From Octopus sinensis (Eukaryota): a DNA stretch of 64,000 bases. This document shows, piece by piece, positions 51,214-62,533 of this stretch. Positions within the stretch are counted from its first letter, which is position 1. Each line of letters opens with the position of its first letter. The DNA lies in assembly GCF_006345805.1 (NCBI RefSeq), contig NC_043000.1, positions 93,310,001 through 93,374,000 on the forward strand. The letters are read 5' to 3'. The notes beneath the pieces are model-generated. The model was given only the letters and a program-made list of their open reading frames with translations. It was not told where the DNA came from and searched no databases. The position numbers and the translations under genes are program-made.

Positions 51214-51255
<42 letters not shown>

Positions 51256-52284
51256 AATAAATAAAATATATGCATAAATACATATATATATATATATATA
51301 TATATACACAACTGTAGAACAATACATCTAAATGCTGTAATACAAAAGACAACAGTTTAAATGTTATTGAACTAATGTCAAGTTGAAACTAAATATTTCA
51401 ATGTACTTAGTTTGCTCATCTTAACTGTTTCTGCTATCTTCTTCATCATTGCCACCACTAACACTACCATCATCTTCATCATCACACATATCTCTCTATA
51501 TCTCTCTTTGTCTCTCATTGAGCCTAAACATTTATTCAAACAATATAAATATGCCCACAGCAAAACTTTTTTCTTCCTTGACAGATACCAGTTCATAATG
51601 CCAACACATTATTATCCATACACCTGATATTATCCCTTAGACAACCTGCCTGAAGCTACTGGAGAAAATCCAAGATGCATTAGCTTGGATTTTGCTTGTC
51701 TCCGTAAATTTGCTTCTTTCTAATAAGAACCAAAATTTTCATTTTAATACAGAACTTAGCTTTCCATTTTTTGGTGACAAAAATCTTGCCATAATTTTAG
51801 TAATATTCTACTGAATTACAATTAAAAACAGGAATTGTTAAATTAAGAGGATTTTGAAATTGCACAGTTAAAAAAAAATTGCTTTCTATTGTCCCTGTCT
51901 CTGGTACTGCATTCCCTTTAAGAATTTAGTTGGTAGACTTCAGAGTCCAGGAAAGACAATTCTGCAATTTCTTACTGAACAACCAGTACATGGTTCCATG
52001 TTCAGTCCCATTGAGTGGCACCTTGGGCAAGTGTCTCCTACTATAGCCTCAAGCTGACCAAAGCCTTGTAAGGGGATTGGTTGATGGAAACTGAAAGAAG
52101 CCCATCAAGTATATATTTATATGTGTGTGCGTGTCATAGAATAGGTACTTGGCTTACAAAGAATATTTCCTTGGGTCGATTTCTTCAACTAAAATCCCTT
52201 TAAGGTAATGCTCCATCATGAGTGAAACAATTAAAAGAATAAAGGAACATCTATCTATCTATCTATCTATTTATACATACATAT

Positions 52285-52378
52285 ACATGGTTACATATAT
52301 ATATATATATATATATATATGGTTACATATATATATATATATGGTTACATATATATATATATATATATGGTTACATAT
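52285..52378. repeat. Minisatellite GGTTAC-(AT)n, four units
   Basis: Seen directly. Confidence 0.85.
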
Positions 52379-52414
52379 ATATATATATGTATATTTATAT
52401 ATATATATATATAA

Positions 52415-52871
52415 GAGGGATGACCACAACATGGACAACCCTTTTATAAATTTTAATTTTAAATTTATATGTTCTCTAACTGGCATAACTCACTGCAGAG
52501 AATTACTTTCTGCCAAATTATTTCTGGTATTTTAGTATGCCAAAACGAAGACTTTTGTAAAATAACCCCAAGTGTAATTAATGCAGCTGTATACATGTCC
52601 AATTTCATGCGGACGTCTCGTATATAGTTCTGCGGCTTGTGTTTGCAGTGACGATCATTTTGAGGAGCTACGGACAAATTACATAGGTAAAATTACTTAA
52701 ATGTTGATAGCGAAACATGTCCATGATTAATATATATGTTTGTTATTTCTCATTTGTCTTGCTCGAATACGTTCTGGCGTTTGCTGAATTTTATTGAGAA
52801 CATTTCTTAGTGGCAAGACCATAGCAGATCTACTTCTAGCATAAGGGTTATCCACATTGTGGTCATCCCTC
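52415..52871 (+). mobile_element. (TA)n-flanked element with 29-bp inverted ends and an internal hammerhead-like motif
   Basis: 52415-52443 vs 52843-52871: 26/29 complementary. Confidence 0.65.
52654..52727 (+). ncRNA. Degenerate minimal hammerhead (C3U)
   Basis: AUCAUU UUGAGGA GCUA..UAGC GAAAC AU GUC CAUGAU: perfect 4-bp stem II, palindrome ACAUGU, GUC site, stem I with a mismatched closing pair. Confidence 0.55.
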
Positions 52872-52899
52872 TCATATATATAATATATATATATATGTA

Positions 52900-52930
<31 letters not shown>

Positions 52931-53022
52931 GTAATATAATTTTCTGAACCTTCAGATTTTAATATGCTAGACCACTGGTTTTAAGTTGATATTAATCAAA
53001 TTAATATTCAATTTTTCACCCT

Positions 53023-53060
<38 letters not shown>

Positions 53061-53217
53061 AAGTTGGTTTGTGAAAGCACGTGGTTGAATATATAGAAAA
53101 TAGTAAAAAGTGAAAAAACCGCAGAAGGCTTGTTTTAAAAGGTTAAAAAATATATATTTGAGTCAATATGTCTGAAGAATGTTATAAATTTTTTTCTTAT
53201 AATGACATAGTTTAGAA

Positions 53218-53253
53218 GAAATGACCGGTTTCGCGTTCAGCTTTTCAAATTTC
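53218..53253 (-). ncRNA. Degenerate minimal hammerhead (mirror at 53610-53645, +)
   Basis: GAAAU UUGAAAA GC UGAAC GC GAAAC CG GUC AUUUC: perfect 5-bp stem I, palindrome ACCGGU, core deviates from CUGANGA at two positions. Confidence 0.55.
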
Positions 53254-53364
53254 TTACATCGTTATGTTTACGTTGAGTAGAGTTATCGTTATGTTTATGT
53301 TGAGAAGAGTTCCATATAAGGGGAGGTAATAAGTGATTTCTTCCGGTGTAAGGTAGATAATCGC

Positions 53365-53559
53365 TTAAAATTTTTTGCCTTTCCTTTGGAGTGAATTTCT
53401 CTGTATAAGTATGTTGGAATGGTTAAGTCTGGGCTTGTACTTTTCAATGAAGAATGTTTCCTTGTTTAGTCTAATTTGTGTTGGTGTTCCGATAGCACAT
53501 TGGTAAAACGGAAAGATTAAAAATTGTGGTAGTAGTTGCTTTGCGCATTTCTCAATGTG
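53365..53559 (-). pseudogene. C-terminal end of a PLE GIY-YIG domain
   Basis: HIEKCAKQLLPQFLIFPFYQCAIGTPTQIRLNKETFFIEKYKPRLN, with the R..E..FI..KP.LN motif also seen near the end of the 41181-41790 ORF. Confidence 0.75.
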
Positions 53560-53759
53560 CTCACATAAACATAACGATAACTCTACTCAACGTAAACATA
53601 ACGATGTAAGAAATTTGAAAAGCTGAACGCGAAACCGATCATTTCTTCTAAACTATGTCATTATAAGAAAAAAATTTATAACATTCTTCAGACATATTGA
53701 CTCAAATATATATTTTTAACCTTTTAAAACAAGCCTTCTGTAGTTTTTTCACTTTTTAC

Positions 53760-53802
<43 letters not shown>

Positions 53803-53964
53803 CATATACACATATTTATGTATATACACATACACACACACACGCATATATGTGTAGGTATATATGTATTAGACATGTGCACACCATTTGCTTGTACAGC
53901 CATTGTCTATTTGATGGACAGCACAAACATTTGATTTCTGTGGACAAACCATATTCTTTTGTTT

Positions 53965-54190
53965 TTTTTACTTGTTTTGGTCATTTGAATGTGGCCAAGC
54001 TGGAGCACCGCTTTTAGTTGGACAAATCAATCCTAGGACTTATTCTTTGTAAGCCTAGTACTTATTCTATTGGCCTCTTTTCCCGAACTGCTAATTACGG
54101 GGATGTGAACACACCATCAGTTGTCAAGCGATGGTAGGGTGGGAACAAACATAGACACACAAATACACACGCACACACACACACACACAC
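53965..54190 (-). mobile_element. SINE-A tail half
   Basis: Family A tail and body on the reverse strand. Confidence 0.8.
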
Positions 54191-54384
54191 ACCACATATG
54201 TAAATGTAGTTGGGAAGCAAATTTCGCAACTACACAGCTACACTTCCACCTACATATCTAGACTGACAAACAGGCAGGCAGACAGACAGATATAATGGAC
54301 TGAAATAAACAACAGACTAGAATTCCATAATTTCTTGCTGACCAATCTCTTCAGGTTGATGTCTTCTTCTTTCTTTAACCCTTT

Positions 54385-54710
54385 TCAAGCCTAGCTAGGC
54401 TCATGGGCCCGGATTCCCGGTTTCTGTGGCATATGTGTTCCCCCCAGCTGGACGGGACGTCAGTCCATCGCAATTAATAAATGCGCCCTTTTAAAGCCTA
54501 GCCAGGCTCATGGTCCCAGTGTCCCGGTTTGAATTGGCATATGAGTTCCCCAGCAGCGTTACTCCTTTTTGCCAGCTGAGTGAACTGGAGCAACGTGAAA
54601 TGAAGTGTTTTGCTCAAGAACAGAACGTGTCGCCCGGTTCAGGAATCGAAATCACAATCTGACGATCATGATGCTGACACCCTAACCACTGAGCCACACG
54701 CCTCCACTCA
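54385..54710 (-). mobile_element. SINE family C with a doubled tail
   Basis: Head tggctcagtggttagggtg..gatttcgattcc; two tails ending catgagcct(g/a)gctaggctt; V-domain-like gcgatggactgacgtcccgtccag. Confidence 0.75.
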
Positions 54711-55130
54711 GGTTGATGTACACACATATATATTTGTAGCATCATCACAATTAACTCCTTCGTTACTATGTTCCTGTTGAAATACAACAGCCTTTGTTTC
54801 AAACAATTATGAAATTAATAAAGAATTTAATGAATAAACTCTGTTAGTATTAAACTAGCATTGTGAACATTACTTGATGTTAAATTTTGACAGGTTTTAA
54901 TTAAGCTCACATTAAAACAGGAAACCTTTTGCATAAGACCAGGGGCACTCACAGGTAAGTTGGTATCATCACTATCGTCTTCAGCAAGAGCAGATGAAAT
55001 GTTCATCCACTTATATTTTCTTAATGGTATTGGTAATTTTATTTTAATATTTTAACAGCAAATACGATACAACCAGTAGCTTCATATATTATAGCTATTT
55101 CGATCTATCAATTTTTTTATCTCTCTATAT

Positions 55131-55166
<36 letters not shown>

Positions 55167-55407
55167 CATTAGTTATTGCCTGAATCGTAGTTGCAGCTGT
55201 AAATCGTAGTCATGGCTGATGCTAGTGCTGCCTGACTGGTACCCGTTCTGGTGGCACTTAACAAGCACTATACAAGCCTGGGTTGATGCCAGTGCCCCTG
55301 TGACTGGCTCCCATGCCAGTAGCATGTATAAAAAGCACCCACTACACTCTTGGAGTTGCTGGCACTAGGAAGGGCATCCATCTGTAGATGTATTTATGTA
55401 TGTGTAC

Positions 55408-55485
<78 letters not shown>

Positions 55486-55519
55486 GTATATGTGTATATA
55501 TATATATGCATATGTCACA

Positions 55520-56125
55520 TTTCTCTGCCTCTCACACCTTACACTCCACTTGATCTGTCTCTTTCCCTCTCTTTCTTCTCCTCCCTTGTTCCCCTTCTTT
55601 CTCTCTTCATCTGTCTCTTTCTCCTCTCTTTTGTCCTCACATGACCAGCCAGCGACTACTGCCTTTTCGCATCCGGCAGTCATTGTGGCAACACGTATTT
55701 GTTTGTTCTCTGTGGCCTTAAGGCACTCTTCCATAGCCAGCTCAAAACTTAACTCGTCCTGTCGAAAAGACGCTTGTCCTGACGTCCTGGTTTTGTTATT
55801 ATTGTTTTAACGTATTTTGTATTCTTATTCGTGCTATCATTATTGTTTTTACGTATTTTTGTATTTTTATTTGTGTAACATCGTCCGTTTTCCGTCCCTG
55901 TGTTGTATACATTCGAGGCTTACTTCCAAGGAATCTAATGCGCTTGGCTTAGATTTCCCTTGGGGGCTGCCCAGATCGGAGCAATCTCAAGATTAATCAG
56001 CCGAAATTGCAAAGATGATCCGGTTCTTGACTGATGATTGAGGGCTTCGAATGTCCCGTCCGTGTTTTTTGTGTCGTCTTCTAAATGTTTCACGTTCTTG
56101 TCCCAGTTTGTATATTTTTTTACTT
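55520..56125 (+). mobile_element. PLE-pLTR-like repeat related to 5931-6361
   Basis: Shares ttccaaggaatctaatgc and gaaattgcaaagat.atc.gg blocks; ends at (TA)n. Confidence 0.55.
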
Positions 56126-56137
56126 TTACATATATAC

Positions 56138-56216
<79 letters not shown>

Positions 56217-56256
56217 CTATATAATATACATATATATATATATATACATGCGTGCA

Positions 56257-56804
56257 TGTGTTATACACATGCAAAGGTTAGAATACACAAGCTCGCAAGA
56301 TAGAAAGTGTGATAAAATAAGCTGTGAAAGAGAGAGAGAGAAATTAGTTATGAGGTGAAAGAAGAAAAAACATGTCATTGTAAATTTAGAATGGCTTCAA
56401 GATTAGTTCCCTTATACCTAAGAATGTCCTACCTGTGCCAGATCTGATTGGGACCTGGTGCAGTCTACTGGCTTGCCAGTCCTGGGTCAAACTGTCCAAT
56501 CCATGCCAACAGAGAAAACAGACATTAAACGATGATCATCATGTTGATGATCCTGTAATGTTAAACTGTTATATGTCCAAATTTGGTCAAATAAAGTTTT
56601 TCTCAATATTTATTTTTGCTTGCAATAGCTGGTTCTTTTGGTCAAACTATTGTATCTCCCGCTGCTTCAGATGCCAAGATATCAAAAATTGTCAAAGGGT
56701 AGTACAACAGTTTTGCTATGGAATGGTGCAAATATTTTTCCCGTTCTCTGAAAAAGCAATGTTTTGGACTTACAACACTTTTGCATAATAACAATAATAC
56801 ATAT

Positions 56805-56846
<42 letters not shown>

Positions 56847-56917
56847 GTATGTATGTATGTATGTATATATCCACACATATAAAAATACGTGTGTATATAA
56901 CTAAATATATATATATA

Positions 56918-56959
<42 letters not shown>

Positions 56960-59058
56960 ATATATATATATGCATTCTTAACCTTTCTGTCCCCATCCCT
57001 TTCTCAGCCTTCATTCTTTCTTGTTTTCTCTACAACCATTCCCTTTTTTCTCTCCCTTTCTCTTGCTCCTCTTCCTCCCTCCCGTCATTGACCCGTGATG
57101 AGAGCTCTGCTACTGTCTTTCTGACCTGGCTTCCTTCTGTGGCTCCTTCGCCGTTCTCAAAAATAGCATTCGTAATATTTTATCTCGTTCGGCTTAACAG
57201 CTCTTCTTGTCTGTGTTACTGTTATTCTCCTTGTCCTGTCTTTTACTGTTTATATTTTGTACTCTCGTTATTGTCCTGTTTTTCTTACCATTTTTACCCC
57301 TCCGCAAAAAAATCATTAAAGTCGTGTCTCGCCTTGACTTTCGAAACGCGGAGTAGATGACACAAAGGCGACTGAAGAAGGGGAATTTTCCTTATATTGT
57401 ATGTCCTGTACTCTATTTTTTCATTGTTTAAGAAAAATGTCCATTTCCTTGGTTTTGTGTTTATGTTTTCGTTTCTCATTGTGTTCGACGTTTTTTTGGT
57501 GTCCTGTACCCATATATGCAAGTATATATACAGGCAGAGGTAGGTACATACATATATGTATATATGCATACGTTTTACTTTATTTATTAATTTATTATAT
57601 GATGGAACGCACGCATCCATTTCTAAGTAAGATTGTTCTTAATATTAATAATGATGCACACTCTTAACCTTTCTGTCCCCCTCCCTTTCTCAGCCTTCAT
57701 TCTTTCAGGTTTCCTTTTCTTCTATCTTACTGTCTCTCCCTCTCTCTCTCTCTCATCCTTCATTCTTTCTGGTTTTCTCTCCAACCATTCCCTTTTTCTC
57801 TCCCTTTCTCTTGCTCTTCCTCTTCCCTCCTGTCGTTGACCCGTGACGAGAGCTCTGCTACTATCTTTCTAACCTGGCTTCCTTCAAGTGTAGACGGCAT
57901 TTTCTGTGGCTCCTTCGCCATTCTCAAAAATAGCGTTCGTAATATTTTATCTCTTTCGGCTTAACAGCTCTTCTTGTCTGTGTTACTGTTATTCTCCTTG
58001 TCCTGTCTTTTACTGTTTATATTTTGTACTGTCGTTACTATCCTGTTTTTCTTACCATTTTTACCCCTCCGCAAAAAAATCTCAAATTTTATTTAATTTG
58101 CTTTTCATGGGAAGGAATGTTTCATTAAAGTCGTGTTTCACCTTGACCTTCGAAACGCGGAGTAGATAAAACAAAGGCGACTGAAGAAGGGGGATTTTCC
58201 TTGTATTGTATGTCCTGTACTCTATTTTTTCGTTATTTAAGAAAAATGTCCATTTCCTTGGTTTTGTGTTTATGTTTTCGTTTCTCATTGTGTTCAACGT
58301 TTTTTTGGTGTCCTGTACCCATATATGCATGTATATATACATGTAGAGGCAGGTATGTACATATATGTATGCATATAAGCATATGTTTTATTTTATTTAT
58401 TAATTTATTATATATATATGTACATATATAGAGACAGACTGGTACATACATAGGTATATTGATAGACTTACAGACAAACAGAAAACACAGAGATATACAG
58501 TAATTGGTTGTAGCTTATTTATATATATATGAATATATATATATATATATATATATATGCATATATATATATGTGTGTGTGTGTATACACACACATACAT
58601 CAGTGCAACAGGCAGACTATCAAATTTATTAAAAGAGAATGACATTTTTTTGTAAAAAAAAACTAAGAAATATATAATTGTACGCAAAGTGTTAGACAGA
58701 TATTTGACTATATATACATATATATATGCATATACATGCACTTGAACATGCATATATCTATATACACATGCATGCACACACTTCCCTTATATATATATAT
58801 TTATAGATATAGATATAGATATATATATGTATGTATAGATATAGATATATATGTATGTATACATGTATTATGCACATGCAAAAGTGAGGATACATCAAGC
58901 TAGCGGGATAGAAAGTGTGATAAAAATAAGCTGTGAAAGAGAGAATGAGAGAGAGAGAGAAAGATTAGTTATGGGGTGAAAGAAGAAAAAAACTTAATTG
59001 TAAATTTAGAATGGTTTCAAGATTAGTTCCCTTATAGCTAAGAATGTCCTACCTGTGC
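56257..59058 (+). repeat. Direct repeat pair, 56257-56438 and 58864-59058
   Basis: Both end at aagaatgtcctacctgtgc. Confidence 0.8.
56965..58420 (+). mobile_element. Tandem pair of pLTR-like units (56965-57600, 57660-58420), same family as 49540-51155
   Basis: Both start ttaacctttctgtcccc and share about 550 bp, with large indels. Confidence 0.75.
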
Positions 59059-59199
59059 ATTTTTGTGTTGTGGTAGGTAGGTAGGTAGGATTTAGTTAAG
59101 GGTTCTAAACTACCTTCAGTAACGTGGGATGCCTCATCATTTTGGTGAAGAGAATACTTTACAACCCAAGGCATTATGCAAGCAAGAAAAAACAGCAAT

Positions 59200-59226
59200 A
59201 ATAATAATAACAATAATGATGATGAA

Positions 59227-59259
<33 letters not shown>

Positions 59260-59519
59260 AAAGTAGCAGTGGTAGTAGTCCAAATAATGGTTATTGTTAT
59301 ATTGTCCTCAAAGTAGCTGCGGTAATTATAAAATAATAATGATGACGATGACGATGATAACAATAATGATAATGATGATGATGATGAAATATGCTAAAGA
59401 TAAATCTATCAAACTTGCATTTTTACATATTCCACATATATGTGCATCTATGTAAGAAAATATGTATATACATCTACTTTCCACTGATACACACATATGT
59501 ATATATATACATATATACT

Positions 59520-59609
<90 letters not shown>

Positions 59610-60040
59610 AATAGAGAAAGGAAGATATATATATATACACATATATGCACACATATACACACATGCACGTCCATACACACACACACACACCTGCCCGCAT
59701 GTATTACAATATATATATTTTTTGATATCTTTCAGTTTTTTCGGTATTTTTTTTGGTTTTTGGCTTTGTCCTCTTTCAACATTTTCTTAATTCCTTGAGG
59801 TTTTTTGTTCAATACAATTTGCTGTTGTTTTACATTTTTGTTGATATTGTTTGCCTTTCTCCCCTACCATAGATTCCTTTCTTTCATCCTCTTTTATTCT
59901 TTATTTTTTTTTTCCTCCACCAATGCCCTTCCCTCTTTCTAATGCAGCACTATCGTCAGATCTCAGACCAGCCAACCACTAGCAAATCTACCACAACACT
60001 AAAAAAATAAAAGCTGTGTAAAGCATTTTTTGTTTATATC

Positions 60041-60101
<61 letters not shown>

Positions 60102-60480
60102 TAATAGTAATGGTGATGATGTTGTTGATGATGATGACTGACGATGATGACAATGATGATTCTGATGTTGATGCTGGTGATGATGATGCTAGACAACGAC
60201 GACAATGATTATAATAATAATAATAATAATAATTATTATTATTATTATATTAATAATAATTTTAATAACAATGATAATAATAATAATAAGGATAATATGC
60301 TTGCAACAAATAGCGCTACCTTCAGACCCAAACAAACACCACTGCTTTTGCTAAGGGTATAAAAAATAGTGTAAATCAGCCTTAATATCCTGATAAGAAT
60401 AATAATATTTATAATAGCAATGATGATGGTGATGGTGATGTTGTGGATAATTTCTTCATCATTAACAGCAATAACAACAA
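59200..60480. repeat. (GAT)n, (TA)n and (AAT)n tracts
   Basis: Seen directly. Confidence 0.85.
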
Positions 60481-61335
60481 TAAAAAAAACATTAAAGATA
60501 ATAATGACAAAGCAGTGAACAAGTGTAAAAAAAGCAGAAAAGAAAACACTATGAGGGTTTGATTGGAGGGGATCTTTATGCCAAAAATATACATAATGCC
60601 TCTATGATGAAGATAAAAAATTTACTATAATCATACGAGGGAAGAAAAACAAATATATGTATAGACTAAAAAATTTTCTGGTATCTCTGTATATGTGAGA
60701 GTGTGCATGTGTGTGTGTGTGCATGTGTGTGTGTGGGCATGTGTGTGTGTGTGTGTGCGTGCGTGTGTGTGTGTGTGTGTGTGTGTGTTGGGAACATTAT
60801 GTGGTTGTAAGAACGTATGTACGTATGTATGATATGTGCATGTATTCATATATATGTGGAGGGGTGTGTTTGTGAATGCATATTTATGTTTATGTATATA
60901 TATACATATTAATGAATATATGTGCCTGTGTGCGCGTGTGTGTGTGTATGAGTGTCTATACATGTGTGAATGTATAGGTATATATGTATAGATATATTTA
61001 AAAGTATATATGTGTATGCCTCTGAATGTTTGCGTATGCAAAAGTGAATATATGTGTGTATGAGACATGATAGCAAGAAGTTGTGCAGTGCTTATGTTTT
61101 TATACATATACATGTGAAAATGTATGTATGCATGCATATATATGTGTGTGTATTTGCGCGTGTGTGTGTGTGTGTGTGATTGTGTGTCAAATTAAGTATC
61201 TTTGTTTGTATGTATGTATGTATGTACATATAAAGTTAATCCAAACATGAAAACACAAAGAGAAAACACAACAACGAGAGGACGTGGAACAAATATAGTA
61301 TTATTGGACGCTCAGGAAAGAAGGGAAGAAGGAGG

Positions 61336-61372
61336 ATTTAACATTTCGAGCACAGAGCTCTTCATCGGAAAC
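61336..61372 (-). ncRNA. Decayed hammerhead-like motif in a pLTR-like fragment (61230-61430)
   Basis: GUUU CCGAUGA A GAGC UCUGU GCUC GAAAU GUU AAAU: perfect stem II, two changes from CUGAUGA and GAAAC. Confidence 0.45.
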
Positions 61373-61472
61373 ATAGGAGAAGGAAAGACAGAAGAAAAAA
61401 AATCGCCAACGGTGCACACGCGGTCACATCTTTATGTATATATACATATATTATATATATATATATATTAAT

Positions 61473-61513
<41 letters not shown>

Positions 61514-61597
61514 CATGAGTCATCTAAGAGATCATAAGTGAGGGAGAAGATGCATTTGTGTATCTGTCAGTAGAGTGGGTATATCATCCAAATTTTG

Positions 61598-61946
61598 TAG
61601 TATTAAGTATCCATCATGGCTGGTCTTACTAATCAGTTTTGCATAAAGAATACAATAGAGTATTAGGTAGCAATACTATTATATAACTATATGCTCATCA
61701 GAGATAGGTAATATGGAAGGGAACATGGGACATAACTCCCAACACTCACCTGGAACATTTTTCCATTTCACCACGCTTTTCACAGCAGCCACTGACCGGT
61801 TGTACTAATCCACCGCCGATAGTAGAGAACAGTCACCATGTTCCCATCCATATCGAGTTATATAATTGGATTGTTACCTAACACTCCAGTGTATTCTTTA
61901 CGTGAAACTGATTGGTAAAACCAGCCATGATGGATATTTAATACTA
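61598..61946. repeat. 91-bp inverted repeat
   Basis: 61598-61688 vs 61856-61946: 12 mismatches by eye, no indels. Confidence 0.85.
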
Positions 61947-62139
61947 AAGAATTAGGAAAAGGAGAGTTTTTTGTTTTCCAGCCATAATATATTACAGGTT
62001 TGCAAGTCAATATTGTCTTGCAAACATGTATTATACTTGGTAGTATATCATAGTTGTAAAACGAAATACAGTGGACTTTACAACAATTAACACACACACA
62101 CACATATATATGTTGTGTGTGTATACATACATACATATA

Positions 62140-62185
<46 letters not shown>

Positions 62186-62533
62186 TATATATATACCTAG
62201 TATTTTGGAGGAATGAAATTTCCTTAAAATAATAGGCATATATTTTGCATATAGTTTATATCCATTTAAAAGATGAAAGGAAAATGGAAATAAGGAAGTT
62301 AATAATTGTTTATTATTAACAAATTGGTCATTGTTAACTTCATACATCCATTTCAATTAATACTACATAATTTGATGACAAATTAGTACATTAAATTTAC
62401 AATTATGTGACATCAGTATAATTTCATTAGAGAAAAAAAGATGTACCTTTGGATGTTATATGTGGGCCTATCAATTCATTTCAGCAGACCCGCTTCTTTT
62501 CTCCTCCTCTTCTTTTAGATGGATATGAACTAT

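Larger units (their letters stand above)
53090..53770 (-). mobile_element. Short Penelope-like remnant with an inverted pseudo-LTR
   Basis: Arms 53090-53304 and 53560-53770 are nearly perfectly complementary, with the GIY-YIG C-terminus between them; (TA)n lies near both ends. Confidence 0.85.

Noticed and set aside
61750-61950. Minus-strand exon ending at a CAG/gtgagt donor
   Set aside because: Stops in all frames between acceptor and donor, and the acceptor side lies in an inverted-repeat arm.
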